A program made the translations under genes and the position numbers. A DNA stretch of 40,383 nucleotides, taken from assembly GCA_013115145.1 (NCBI GenBank), contig JAAPAO010000313.1, positions 1 through 40,383 of the forward strand. The letters are read 5' to 3'. The notes under the pieces were generated by a model, which did no database searches, was not told the origin of the DNA, and was given only the letters and a program-made list of their open reading frames with translations. Numbering within the stretch: position 1 is the first letter of the stretch; every line of letters starts with the position of its first letter. Source of the stretch: Perkinsus chesapeaki ATCC PRA-425. Lineage: Eukaryota; Protista; Perkinsozoa. Positions 1 through 13,400 of this stretch are shown here, piece by piece.

Positions 1-103
1 TCCTATCAGACTCCTTTCTATTATATCTCCTCCTCCGTATCACTAGTAACATATTTCCTATCAAACTCCTTTCGATTATATCTCCTCCTTTGCACTAGTA
101 GCT
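1..103. repeat. Degenerate tandem repeat, ~55-nt period (TCCTATCARACTC...TTATATCTCCTCC...CACTAGTA), truncated by window start
   Basis: Two similar units start at 1 and 56; related units occur at 30496-30636. Confidence 0.7.
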
Positions 104-1988
104 CTAATCACTTAACAGCTGATGATCCTGAATAATTCCACGGACCTCTGGGGCGCAGTCGGGAACTTTAGTGTTTTACCCACTCCTACTCCTCCTCAGA
201 TGTGGGGAAGTACAGCTACTATGCTCGATATGTTCAGTGACGAAGGATGAGCCAGAGCATTGCCATCATCATCATCATCATCACCGTCACTCACGATGAT
301 AAGCTATCATCTTCTTTTACTTCGGTGCGTCTTTATGGCCTATATTTTCTGTCAAGGAGTCGTAGAGGAACATCGTACTCCCCACTGGGGAGTCCCCAGC
401 AGGAGTACGTTCCATTTTCCCTTTTGAAAAAATACTGCCGTGGAGAATTAGGCTTCTTCATTGCATCTTTTCACGGCCCAGCAAAATCGATCAATCTCAA
501 TCTCAGTTCTGTAGCATTGGATGAGACCATGTTTGATGTTCCATATTTTAGCCCATTTGAAGTACTTGTGCGTCATCAATGATGTTGTGTAAGCAGATGT
601 CATCGGTAGGGTACTACTTGGATCGATGATTTCACAGTCAGTTGCTTCCAGCAGCTTCTACGACTCTTACTGGTGGTTTGCGTTAGGGTGCCGTCGGTGC
701 TTCCATCTAAGGTAGCTCTTCTGTGGAAATCATAGATTGTATCGACTGAAGATCTACGCCACTTCCCGGTCAAGTTAGAGCATTTTTCAATCGATTTCAA
801 AAGACGGCGGCGGATTTGGTTTTTAACCCATTTTTAAAATTCAAATCACCCCAGCGCGGGTACACGGCGGTTGGCGTTAAATGAAATTGCATGGGAAGGT
901 GCATGGCTCAATTGAGGAGCAACTGAGATGGAGTGTTCATAGTGTGAATGGATATGATGGGAACATCATCAACGAGTAGACAGCCAAAAACTAAACTGAA
1001 GTACATTCCTTCTGTCTGGCCCAATATCTGATGACCTCCTGCGGTGCATAGCAACATCACTTGCTGTTGAAGTTGATAATATTAAACTGATGGGTGTACT
1101 GTACTCGATATAATAACTATGTTGAATGTTAAGACGACCTCGCAAACCTTTCCCCTGAGACTGCCTAGTTTGAAACTCGGCGTGTTGGATTGGGCGTCCA
1201 GAACCGGTGCGTCCAAGGCATCACGGTTGGAGGGAGAATGGTTTAGTCGGCAGTATACGACGAAGTTGGTGTTAAAGGAAGAGCTGTCCCACACATCGTC
1301 CTCATCATCATCATCCCAATGCGAGTCCCTTAATACTCGTTTAGACGATAATAAGCCTCTTCAGAAAGCAAACGTGGAGAAATGGAGAGGCAGCATCTTC
1401 CGCCCTTCATACATTTCCACAGGGAAGGCATCAAGGAGCATCGAGGGTCCCCATCCACCACTTTCCCATCCTTTCAGCGGCCTATTTCCAATTCATTATC
1501 GGTAGTGGTTACTATTAGTAACCATCGCGGTTAATAGTACATTATCACCAGAGGCTTCAACGATGATTAACATGCTCTATCGGCAATCACCAGTTGCGGT
1601 TGGCTTTATCTAATACAGATACCTGAAAATGATTCTGAAGCTTATCTATGAAAATTTAATGCTCAGTGGGGCAGCTCCGAGGAAACTAGGATTTTATGTC
1701 CTGGATTTGTCATGCCGGCTTTTGATTCATCTGAGGTCAATCGAACTGAGCGGATTTCGGGGCTTCAAAAAGGCTTTATTATTATTGTTGACAACCCTTT
1801 GTCGTCGACATCAGTGATGTCCATCGATGATCTCGGGTTTGCCGGTGATGTCACGTCACCGGCAGATTTGACATGAGATGGAGTCGGTGCAATGAACGGT
1901 GGTCCGCCCTGGGTGTGACGTGACGTAGAATGTGATAGTGTAGGACAGGCTGGGCTCGACCCGGTGGAGCGCATGCCAGTGACAGTTA

Positions 1989-2732
1989 TTAAAATATATC
2001 TTCAAGTCTGGTCTGCAAAGCTGATCTAGAGAAGTATCGGACGACAAAAGGATCCTGTTATCGTTTTGTCACCCGATTCTTCAGTTGCCACACTTGCCTG
2101 GTCAAACGGTCATTCCAGACTTGCTGTTCCGTGACGCCCCGATTGTCGGGCGCCTCGGAGTTTGTTGCATTATAAAGCATCGTCTTTGTGAAGTAGTGGT
2201 ACTGGAATCTGCCTACTCCATACAGCTCAGCTAGGCCTGGAAATTTCCCGATTTTTCCTCTGGTAAAGAAGATCATCTTGATTTGCTGCGGAAATCTGTG
2301 CTCGTGGCGCCAAACCAGTATGAGTCGGTCTCCGATTCATTTCCAGGTATTTTCTAGGGAAAGACCGCCTCGTTCCTCACCAACGCAATCATTTCCCGAT
2401 ACCCGTTGCTCTAGTAGCGACCTGGGAGGCTGTACCCCCTGAATTAGGCAATCCTTAAGCAGGATTGTAAGTAGGGGCGGTACTGGCCATTGGGACACGG
2501 CGCCCCGCCGAGCACAATAGGGCTCCTTGTCGGCCACAACAGACGACTTGCCTCCTTTCCACTTCTCTTGATCCATCAACCCTGCAGCAACTCGGGCCGC
2601 ATTGGCCACTTCATGCCGGATGTGCTGCGATATCTAGTAGTTTGCTGCCCCACCCGAGCTCTACAATTTCTTCGTCGATTCGTCATAGAGAACGCAGTTC
2701 TGACGTAAAACACGCAAAACGTAGACGGGCAT
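1989..2732 (-). CDS. Small spliced hypothetical protein (approximate model)
   Basis: Protein-like exon segments (MPVYVLRVLRQ..., RFPQQIKMIFFTRGKIGKFPGLAELYGVGRFQYHYFTK..., DPFVVRYFSRSALQTRLEDIF*) separated by GT-AG-like intervals; no family recognised. Confidence 0.4.
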
Positions 2733-3003
2733 TTCTCGGAAATTTTTTTCTTGGTCAAGTTATGTAGACGACCAACACGTGCAGATATGCCAACACTAAT
2801 TCCTACTACGAATTTCCTACGATACGTACCTTCACTCCGGCGATCAGAATCAACGGTCCGTAACTCAGGTTGTGAAATTCTACACTATGCATTCAGAATC
2901 TGAAATTCAAAGTCGCAGTTAGCGTGTTGAATTGAGAAAGTTAGAAACGGTCCCTTCGACATTTCGTTCGAGCTTCTCGATCGTTTTGCGCTTCAGTTTA
3001 ATT

Positions 3004-4209
3004 ATGACCCTCGGCGGTCATTTTATATCATTCCTCTTCTGCCTTTCTGTCGCGGATCGATGTAGCGCCGCTCAAGCTCAAAGCAATACTGTTCTCGTTC
3101 CTGAGGACACGGTGATTGCGGAGATCGCCAAATGGGCGTCGGCAAACGCCGCTGGTGCTCCTCGAGTGTCGGTTTTACTGCACACAAGGAGACTGGTCGA
3201 TCCTTCTCAATGCGAGTTGAATCGTCTCTTCCCTATTACGAGCGGTCTCGACCGAGAAGGCGCGCCTTCGGGGGTTGAGGCTGACCTGGACCGGGTCGCG
3301 GCTGCCGTTAAACAGGACGCTGACTTTGACCGTTTCCGGTTTTTCCGTTCCGACACTGTAACTTCGGCGCAAGCTTCCCTCACCGTCTTCATTGGTAAAA
3401 CCTGTCACGCCTCTCTACCAGTGACCAGAAGGACTCCATGGCACCTGGTACCCGACTGGCTCGGTGAAATCGATCTGCCGCTGGCCCATCAAGGCGACCT
3501 GCCCGAATGGCTTCTACAATCGGCGATTGAGAAATCTTTGCCGGTCCTGTTCATCGGTGACGAGGGAGCTGATAAGGTGTACACTGCCGCCTACGGCTTC
3601 CTCGGTGATATGAAGGCACATCGCCACTCTTGTTCTCGTGACCACTCCCACATGCACGCCAGCGCTGAAAGCAATGGTTTATGTGACCCGTTGAAGCTGG
3701 ACGAATCTGTCCCGTTGTGTCGTAGGCAGTATCTAATAGTGCATCCTAGCGCAGAAAACGGTACGCAGCTCCTCGACTATGCCGCGGAAGAGGCGTATTT
3801 CCTACGCGGTCAGCAAAATGTGACCGCCTGGCTTGAGGACTACTTCTACTCCAGACTCACCCCTGATGCCTCCGTAGTGATAGAGGGCGGCGCTGCCGAT
3901 CCTCACGAGCCTTCTTCTGACATCTTTCAAATCCTCTTTGTGGCATTACTTACATCTTTGCCGCATTATATCTTGCCGAATTTCAGTTTGGCCTCGGCGG
4001 CATCGGTCCTCGTAATAGCGTTGAGCGGCAATCTTCCCGGTGCGGTTATCGGCGGGCTGCTGGTGGCCTCTCACAGAACCCGAGAAGTGTCGTATCTTGC
4101 GGCACGTTTCAGTTCCTATTTAGCAGTCGGGATATCTTCCCTCCTTGTCTTTGGTAACAACGGTGCCTGCCTTATGTGCCTGACGGGAAGCTGCGCTGCT
4201 GGAGCCTGA
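3004..4209 (+). CDS. Intronless uncharacterised membrane protein with predicted signal peptide and C-terminal hydrophobic helices
   Basis: ORF 2932-4209; first ATG at 3004 is followed by hydrophobic GHFISFLFCLSVA; hydrophobic C-terminal third; His-rich HRHSCSRDHSHMH; ends CLMCLTGSCAAGA. Confidence 0.7.
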   Translation: MTLGGHFISFLFCLSVADRCSAAQAQSNTVLVPEDTVIAEIAKWASANAAGAPRVSVLLHTRRLVDPSQCELNRLFPITSGLDREGAPSGVEADLDRVAAAVKQDADFDRFRFFRSDTVTSAQASLTVFIGKTCHASLPVTRRTPWHLVPDWLGEIDLPLAHQGDLPEWLLQSAIEKSLPVLFIGDEGADKVYTAAYGFLGDMKAHRHSCSRDHSHMHASAESNGLCDPLKLDESVPLCRRQYLIVHPSAENGTQLLDYAAEEAYFLRGQQNVTAWLEDYFYSRLTPDASVVIEGGAADPHEPSSDIFQILFVALLTSLPHYILPNFSLASAASVLVIALSGNLPGAVIGGLLVASHRTREVSYLAARFSSYLAVGISSLLVFGNNGACLMCLTGSCAAGA

Positions 4210-4779
4210 CACTAGGGATGCTTCGACGTTGTTGTGATCTCATTTCCGACATGCTGAGATGATTTCAATACCGAATACGAATGAAGCCTCAACTTTAAAG
4301 CCGAGAGCGGCCCAGTAGAGGTTGATATGTCTCCGGGCTTTTTGTAGCATCACCGACTAACGCTTTACTATTTTTACTTATGCCGTTCGGCTCGAGTTAA
4401 GACAGTGCCTGATATAGCTGTGCGTAGGGTCGTTGTCTAACGCCGTGTATAGCTTAGTTAGATTATCCATCCTTTGTGCAACTTAAACCGAAAGGGTTTA
4501 ATACCTGTACTCTTATTCGCACCGTGTGGTTCGGCGAGTGTAACTAGGGTCAAGAGATGCTTCGCGAGGGTTGTTGTGAGCGCCGGGTTAGGCTTGAGGC
4601 ACAAATACAACAAAAGATGACCTCTGCACTCGTGTGCAGGCACATCGCCCGGTAGGTGTCCTAGGTTGACCTAGAGCGCGAACATGTTTTCCGTTCCGTT
4701 CTGGATCTTCTGTCATTGCTGATGATATGGTAGATCGTGATCGACTCGCTTTGACCAGCTCATAATCGACGCTCGACCA

Positions 4780-6025
4780 AGTTTGACTATGGTCGGGGAG
4801 ATTACCATCCTTTACGTAAATGTTTATTGAGTATTAAAGATGGCTCCTGGGCTTTTGATAGAAACAACGTCGTGTAAACTTCTGAGGACTTGGTTACATA
4901 ACTGTATCTGACGGTGGGAGGTCAGTTGTGCGCTAGCTTATCGTTGAAACACTTCTCGGCTAGCTCACGTCTCCAGTGTGTCGTTCAATGAATCAGAACA
5001 TCTATGAAGACAAGTATCTTCTCCAGATTAAAATAGGGAATCTACAGATTTAATAGCACAGTTCGTACCTTTGGTTGGTTCTGCCTGCCCAGAGCTTGAG
5101 CGCTTCTGCTATTTGAGTTATTTTCAAAGTGTCCTCTCCAGCTTCAGTAGACCTTAAGACCTTCCTTTCGGCTCCCATCAAGGCCGAGGCCCCGAGCGCG
5201 GCTGCGAGCACCTCTTCTCTCAAGGAGGTTGCCTTCGCAAGGAAACCCAGATGCGTGGTGTAAGCTCCGCCTGTCACGTTGTCGTCTTTCATATGTTTAT
5301 GAGCAGGTATCTGGTCCGTCGTCTTGGCTGAGGTTTATGTCAATTCGCAGCTCTGAGACTTTCCGCAATAGCGGAAGTAAGTGTTTTTGCAAGTGACTAC
5401 GAGTTAACCTTTTTTGTATCTTAGATGCTAGCTGCGGATTTCAACTGCGATCATGTCCTAGTGACATGGCAACAAGGCGACACTAACGCTTTGGAGAACT
5501 TCAACGACGCCAAGGTGGTCTCGCCAGCGTTTCGGTTTTTGCAGAGTCTCCTTCTCTCAGGTCTCCGATCCTGCTCGTCTGTTCTCCGCCTCTGATGACA
5601 AATTGTGAGCTTCTTATTTATTGGTTTGATTTAAATGTTTTCCCGCGAAGGTACCGAGCATGCAACGCTCATGGCTGTTGGTCAATGATGAAGACGTTGA
5701 CTCAAGGGGAGTTCATGAACAGGAGCTTTTTTAAGGTGGGTTCGGTAAAATCAGCAGATACGCTCTGCTGGAGTCTTCTATTATATGGCCTTGGTTTTTC
5801 CGGTGGGTTTGGCCAATTTTTGCTCAATAATCTCTTCACTTCAAACCTTAAGTATGTGTATACTCTATTATCCGTAGATTCTGTATTGCTCTTTCGAAAC
5901 GTTACTGCTTATTTCAGAAACTCGGCGCCTTTAATCACAACTATAAAGGTGCAAGTCTCAACGGATCTGCAGTGGTGGTCCTCGAGAGCGACGATAAAGC
6001 CACTGACGGAGCGAGAGTTCTGTAA
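4780..6025 (+). CDS. Multi-exon hypothetical protein (both ends uncertain)
   Basis: GT-AG-bounded segments join in frame: ...LRLSAIAE|MLAADFNCDHVLVTWQQGDTNALENFNDAK|VPSMQRSWLLVNDEDVDSRGVHEQELFK|KLGAFNHNYKGASLNGSAVVVLESDD...; no family recognised. Confidence 0.45.
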
Positions 6026-7026
6026 GCTTCTATACAAGTGTCCATGCCTGATTCCTTCGTTTGACAGCTACTCTGTGGTCAACAGTGAATCGCTTGATTC
6101 TGGCGCGGTTATCAAGTCATTGGGTGGAACTGAAGAGCAGTCTTCAAATGCCTCGAAGATGGCAGAAGAAGCTGTTGATAAGTAAGGGGGTCGTACTCTT
6201 ATCAGCTGGAATGTGACCAAATTTATCGGCCGCAGCGTAGAATAGCTCAGTTGTCGCGTGCTTGAATTTGTTTGTATTTACTTTATTTCATTCCTTTCAT
6301 AATTTTCAGTTCAATTCGTTCGATTAAGTGCGACTCAAGTTGGGGCTGAATTTATAAAGCAAGCTTTACGCACGTTGAAACTTCCATCTTGAAATAAGTG
6401 GTGTGTATCCAAATGTTCAACAGCATGCTTCGTGGGGCTCAATGGTGAGTGTTATTCCGTACGATGTCCACCTGGCAGGTATGTCGCTGAGCGTTCTTAA
6501 GAAGCGATGATGCGGTGGTCGATCGAGAAGAAAGACGAACTCGTGTTTTTGAACGAATGAAACAAGGCAGTGAATTCCAGCCTATGGAGACTGTCTTGAT
6601 GATTGTTTCAACGCACAGAAGTCTCGGACTTCCTTTCGGCGGACTGCTTGTTCTTGAAATGTTTTACTCGAGTTTTTCAAACCAGTTGTTGTTTGGTTAT
6701 GTAGTGATGAGTCTATAGAAGATGTGGGAAAGTGTGATCCCGCCCCAATCAAATCCGTCTCACAGCCTTTTGGCCTCGGACAGGAGACAGGCAGTAAACG
6801 CACTCCTGCAAATCTTAGCAGCGCGTGACGGGTTTTGTTCTGCTGGAGTAATGCGTTTTATGCCCTACTAGGGATCCTTTCACTAAAAAGACGGTGAGGA
6901 ATGTCGACTTTGAACCTTCTGCGGGACTTTCTCTCCCCGATTTATGATCCTTCTTGATAATCTGCTGGCATACTATCCTTGAACATGCTGTGCAACTCGG
7001 GTCTATGAAAGATATGAATCGTTAAT

Positions 7027-7098
7027 GGGCTGAGCCGAGAATCGAACCCGGGACCTCGCGCACCCGAAGCGCGAATCATACCACTAGACCACACAGCC
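7027..7098 (-). tRNA. tRNA-Pro (anticodon CGG)
   Basis: Reverse complement GGCTGTGTGGTCTAGTGGTATGATTCGCGCTTCGGGTGCGCGAGGTCCCGGGTTCGATTCTCGGCTCAGCCC: 72 nt, full cloverleaf, eukaryotic tRNA-Pro pattern; one U6-U67 mismatch in the acceptor stem. Confidence 0.95.
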
Positions 7099-7477
7099 AC
7101 TCAACGACAAATCTCAGTTCTCAGACCTGACCTGATACTTCGCGCATTTTTACAGTTGCTTTTCTGTCTCGTCTCGTTCGGACTGTTGACCAATAAGCGC
7201 TTCTCTTGAAAGCTCCTGTAGAAGTGTAATCGGTGAACTCGTTTTCAGTCAACGCAATCTTGGGGCCTTCAGGGGCGTTCTTTGAGGAGGCTCTTTCTCA
7301 GGGGAGGTCTACGAACAGCCCGTTTGATTCCGTGAGATTGTACCGCTAAAATTGTTAGAATTACCGCTATCATTCCTAACGCAAAGCGACCCCCTGTTTC
7401 ATTCTTTTAATCTCCACTGCTTCTCCTTTGCAGTTTTTTTTCTTTCATTAAATAACACTAATAAAGGTATCTTAACT

Positions 7478-10400
7478 ATGGCACATCGGCGTGTAAAGAA
7501 TATCGTCTTTGATGAGGACTTACACGGTGACTATGACGACTATTATGATGATGCTGATTATTGGGGGGAAGGTGGAGACTATGATGAGGACTGGTAGTAC
7601 TGGGAGGACAATAAAAAGGATGCCTACCACCTGACGGGCTTCGGCGTGTTTCGTTTGCAATTCGTTTGATGGTGCACTATGTAATAATTGTTGCACTACC
7701 CTGGAATAAGCTCGTGGTACATATAGAGCTGTGGAAGCAGCAGCAGGACGCGAATGCTTTTATATAATAGTGCTATTTTAGTATGCTACTTTAATAATAT
7801 CTATTCTCCTTGACTAGCAGCTTCAATCAGGTCCTATCAAGCTCAGCCCAAAGCAGCAGCAAAATCTAAAAATAAAGCGAAAGGTAGAATGGTCTGATAT
7901 TTCAGAAATGCCGTCGGTGCAATATAACTGAATCTGTTACGAAATGACTCAAAGTCTCGCTAGAAGTTATAGGATAGTATTTTCTCCTTCTTCCCATAAG
8001 ATTCACTGTGACGATTCGTTTGATAAATGATGCAATGATCGCCAAGTTCTCTCGTCGGAAAATCGGGTTCGCAAGTCAAGAGCGGGCTATCCTCAAAATC
8101 GGAATATATCCACTCGTTTGCAAGGAAAGAACTGCAATTTGTGAAAATCATCGTTAGTGTCGGTGGCAGTACTTAAGGAGGATACATGCATTCTCCATGA
8201 CTAGTCGATGGGGGAAGGGTAGATCTCGATGAAGGACAAGAAGCGGATATTTCAACGTTGTGTATAGTAATAGTAGCCGGGAGTCGTCTGACATCAGCAG
8301 AATAGGTTCGTAGAAAATCGAAAAATGGTTCAATAGAACCTCTTTTCAGCTGTGGAGTTTTATTGCGGAGGAGATACATTGGAAATTTACCGCAATTTGC
8401 AGTGAATTTTACCGGAAATTTTACCGGAAATTTTCTGGGGGGAATTTTGCCGAAAATTTTACCGGAAATTTTGCCGGAATTTTTGGGGGGAGAATTTGTT
8501 CGCGGGAGAAAATCAAATATGAAATGCACATCTCTCTCGCTATTATTCTATGACCGGTACTGTCTTTAATTACATTGTGTTCATCTGTCAGCCAAAGCGG
8601 AATCTAAACCAGCGCCAAAGGTGAAGAAGGCAACGTCATCTCAGAAGCAGGCAGCATCAGCAGGAGGAGGAGGAGGAGAAGGAGGAAGCCGAATGGGTAG
8701 TCATTCACTGGGGGGAGGGAGAGTTGGAGTATATGGTTATGCTCTCCTACACTTATACAGCAAAAATATGGATAGCGATTGATGCTCCTACCACCGTCAC
8801 ATTCGCTCGCTTATGTTGCTGGGGAAACGATACAGATCTCGAGAAAAATACGGTATGAGTTTAAACCTCCGAAGTAGGCTAGTATTTTCTATAATGGTCT
8901 GGGTATGCCATCGCTAAGCAGAAGTGGTGGAGGCAGCAGTCGGCATCGGTGTTAAGGGGTCAAAGGAAAAGCGGAATATTTTTGTCAAGTGTGGCAATGC
9001 ATTTTATTTTTCTTCTTTCACTTATAAAATATTTTTTTTGGATCTCATGAAGATTCCCTGCCTGATTTCATCAGTGCATGATGACATGCGGTACGCTCTA
9101 GGCTGTCTTAGCATCAGCAGGCAGAACTCGCCTCCTCGGAATGGGTTTATAAAGCAGTATTGGAGATTGTGCGTGTTAGCCTGCACGCCGAAGTTGGTCA
9201 GTGTGATGCCCGTTTTGTCATATTTGGGAATGCTCGATCTTGGTGACTGTCAGGGGGAGGGGAGGGTAGCAACACTTTCGATTGGTCACCGTCGGTACAT
9301 CCGGCGTTGCCCGGAAAGTAAAGTTGCAAAGCTCCTCTGCTGTCGCTGGTTACTCCCTGGCTCCAAAGAGATATATCGCCCTTTTCTTCTTTTCCGTGTC
9401 GTTGGTTGCCGACATTGTTATAGGAGAAATCATCTCCTATTAATTGATTGTTGATGCTTAGCTGGCTGAATGTTAGGGGGTTGGTGAAGAAGCATTCTTT
9501 AGGTAGCCAAAAGCATGCTGAAAAGAGTCACGAGGAAGTTGTAGAGGAGGTGAACGAGCGGGTTAAAGACGCTGGGCTGTTGCCTAAGGAAAGGGTGAGA
9601 AAGATGGGCAGCACATGGGAGACCGGGACGGAGGGTTTGAATGGGATGCGGTTAGATAGATTGCAAATATATCTATATGAACGCTAAGTAACTTTGGTAG
9701 GAGTTATACTCGCATTGGAAGGATCATGAGACGCGCTTCTTAGGCATGGCGTGGGTTCGAACCCCGGCGAGGGTATTTTAATTTTCCAGGTGAACCAGCT
9801 GGTTCGGCAGTCGTCACGATCGTTGTCTCGGGCGGAGGAGTTGGTTAAGCAAGATGTGGATGCAATGAAGTCAAAGCATGAGGAATTGTCGGAAAAGGTA
9901 TCTTAGGTTGAAGCGTGCAAGGTACAAAATGGGTTAAGTTTCAGGCCCCTCACGTGCCAAAGATGTGTTTGGTTGTTGTTGGTCACGTTGATTCCGGCAA
10001 GAGTACCCTGATGGGTCATCTTCTAGTTGAACTGGTAAAATGTCATCGCCGAGGATCGAACCCGTGACCGTCTTCCTCAGGGCCATGTATCCTCCAGAGA
10101 AATGCATCGTTTCACTCGAGATGCTGCCGCCTGTGGGAAGCAAAGCTTCGAATACGCCTGGGTAAGTTGAAGAGCTCTGATCGCCAATACCTAGACTGAT
10201 TAAATCATCCCTGCTGAGGTGCAGTGCCCGCTGGAGACAAGAAATTTGCTCTTAATACGGAGGAAATAATGCAATGCAAATTAGGTTGGAGAATAGGTTA
10301 CTGGGCCACAAGGAAGCATGACATGGCACTTCCGACAACTCTTGCGTGGGCCCCGATCGTATGGCGTTCGGAAGCTCTAGAGAGAGGCTCGCTGATGCTG

Positions 10401-13400
10401 TGAATTGGAATTCGGTTTTTGGATTTGCAAAATAATTTCGGATGTGTCCGAGTGGACGATTACGATACCGGGAAAAGATTTTTTCATAAAAATGTGTTCT
10501 AATCAAAGAGTCGTAGAAGATGATCGGATGCGCCCCTCTGAAGGAATGAAATTCATGATGCTTCTTCCTTTTGCCCTTGGAACCAACAGATATGATCTCC
10601 TTTACAAGTATATGTTGTATATATAAATTACTGTATTATATCTTGCTATATCCATACATCTTTGAGCGCTAACTACTAACGAGAAGGAGTCGGGACTTGA
10701 ACATTTGTGAGAAGAATAGTTTTTATAATAGTGATATAAACTGGCATGTGATAGCGCACAATATTATATTAGATATATTCCACCACAATTCGCATTCTAC
10801 GTCCGCATTAGGGACGTTTTCCGGCCCTGGGGAACGCATTTCTCTGAGGGCAGGGGGCTTCCGGGTTCTAGCAGAGATGGTAAATGTTTCACGGTCCGGG
10901 ATGAAGCATTGAACCATTGAAGGGAGGATAATATCTATCATGAACCCTTTGTTGAAGCAAGAAGCCGCGCGAGATCAACTACCGACTAAGTCGTCTCGAT
11001 CTGTCGCAATTGGGGAACACCCGGAACATGCCATTTTTGTGTTGTCGTAGTTGCGGTAATTGATAGGGTTAATGTTTAGGTTCTTGATGAGGGGTCAGAT
11101 GAGAGAGAGCGAGGCGTCACCATTGATGTTTGTGTGAAGCATTTTGCAACACCGAAGGGGACGACGGTATCTTAGCTTCAAGCTTGCATCTTAAACTGGA
11201 GTATCTTAGGTTACTTTGCTTGACGCGCCCGGCCATAAGGATTTCGTTCCTAATATGTTGCTTGGGGCGGTTCAAGCCGATTTTGCGATTGTATTGGCTG
11301 ATGTGAAGGACTTCGATAAAGGGTTCACTCGAGGAGGTAGGCGAGGGATAATCGAACGCTGTGGACCCGAGTTGCTCTTTGGAACTGATTTTGTTGAGCT
11401 TGGTAATGCACTTGAGCTTGGCGGCCAAGGAGATTCAAACCCGGTATTGAACTACTGTAGAACGATTGATTTTGAAGAGAAGGGCCTTGATTGGTATAAC
11501 TTCCTCAGAAACGTGTTGTTGTCGTTGTTGAGGGGAAGCATCGTTGCGTAGATCTCTGGGATAGGAGATCAACAGACCCAGGCTGGCACGTAGTTCGATA
11601 AAAGACGAAGAAGAAATAATTTTTGATGAAAAATACTATAACAATCAAATTGCATTATAAGATTGTTGATCATAATATACGGTTGCCTCGGCTAGTGAGC
11701 ATAATTATATAGAGGTGTACGATAACACTTCCTGGTGGATGCGAGTCCTATACGGGAAAAGATTCTCGAGGTTCATCGAAATGCACTCTTGGCTGGTGAG
11801 TATGTTTGGAGTCAGGTCAAACGAAGGAGCATATTCGACTTCTCCGAGCGTTGGGTATTAGCAAGATTATTGTTGCCATTAATAAGATGGATCTTGTGGG
11901 TAAGCGGGGTAATTAGTCTAGTGGTTAGTTCCTTTGGCTTACTAACCGTTTCACCCTGGTTCTATTCCCGCATGGTGTGTTTTTAGATTATTCCCAGGAG
12001 CGGTACGATAGGGTACATGACGAGCTTGAAACGTTTATTGAAGGCGAATGTGGATTCAAAAAGGGAAATGTTTTCTATGTAAGCATCTTCGCTAGCAAAG
12101 CGAGATTGATGAACTTGATTAATGGAGGAATCTTCGTAGACTTAATTAACTCGGTAAACTACTCGTGGAGTAGCTAATCGTAGTTGATTAATAAACTGAT
12201 TATCGCTCAGTATCCCACCGATCATTCGTCCTTCATATTTCAGCTGTTAGTTACCAACTGCTGGATTTGTTGGAGAGAATCTGGTAGAGAGGAAAGACCC
12301 GAGGCTGACGGCATGGTGGCATGGTAGGCAGAAATAAAAGTCTCCTAGTGCTTTTGGAAACAGCTCCAACAATTCAGCGATGTTAACTGCTCAAGACAGT
12401 TCAGAGGGCCCACCTCGATCAATGTGTCCATTCTTCAAAAACGCTCGCGGAGAGATATTCCCGAACTTAGAATTTCTTTAAATTGTCAATGGAAGAGATG
12501 TCGGTGGCTCTCCCTTATGCACGCCGCTCTGCTTTGCATTTGGCGAGTTAGGCTCTTCTGAATCTTCTCTTGTCGTGTGCTGGTCAGGTTGAAGAAAATC
12601 TGCTTAGGGTGACAATAGAGCGAATTTTCAGGCGTTAGTGACTTTAACTCATCAGGTGATACGTTGGTTACCGCTATTGATCGATTGGCGGAGTCTTCTA
12701 GTGCGGAGGGAGCGGCTGCCAAAGCATCGCTTTCTGCACCACTCAGGATAGCTGTAGCAGATGTGTACAAATCTAGCAGCGGAGCACAGGTGAGATCCGA
12801 GCTTCAAGCGTGCAAGATACGTGTGAGGTTGCTTAGATATCTGGTAGAGTCGAGCAAGGCATGTTCAAAAGTGGTCAGAAGGTTATTGTTCTACCTGGTC
12901 GAGGGGATGATTCGAGCGCATGCACCATCCGAAATGTGTAGGCCATGGAAGCGAGCAACTCGGGAGATTGGAAGTGCGAACTTTTACTTCCCGAACGATC
13001 GTCGATATATGAATCGACAAGACTTCCGGAGGCTTTGATATTTCCAATTCGATAAATTGGCTGATTACTATGTACAACTTGCCTCTATCAGGTATAGGAA
13101 TGGTGAGGCTATGCAAATGGGCCAGAACTCAGAAGGTTACCCTGGGGACTACATCGACTTGGCGACACTACAAGGTGAGAGGGGGGCAGTAGGGATTGGG
13201 GTACTCTCATTTTGATATACGATTAATGGTAGAACCATATGAAGGAATTTGATTATTTACTCATCGAATCTTTTATACTGTATATATTTACTGTTATACA
13301 GAGAAGCGAATATTCAGTCAGATGATGTACAATAGTGTTCGGTTATATAGAAGCCACACTGCAGCACTGTGCACAAGAATGCAGCACGCGTGCGTTAGAC

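Noticed and set aside
2059-2076. 18-nt ultra-short intron (GTGACAAAACGATAACAG)
   Set aside because: The gene could equally stop at the in-frame TAA; not decidable without RNA data.
4207-4209. Selenocysteine readthrough of TGA after a Cys-rich tail
   Set aside because: TAG follows one codon later, there is no CxxU context, and no SECIS was recognised.
6236-6256. tRNA 5' half or A-box (TAGCTCAGTTG)
   Set aside because: Isolated 11-mer with no downstream B-box or cloverleaf.
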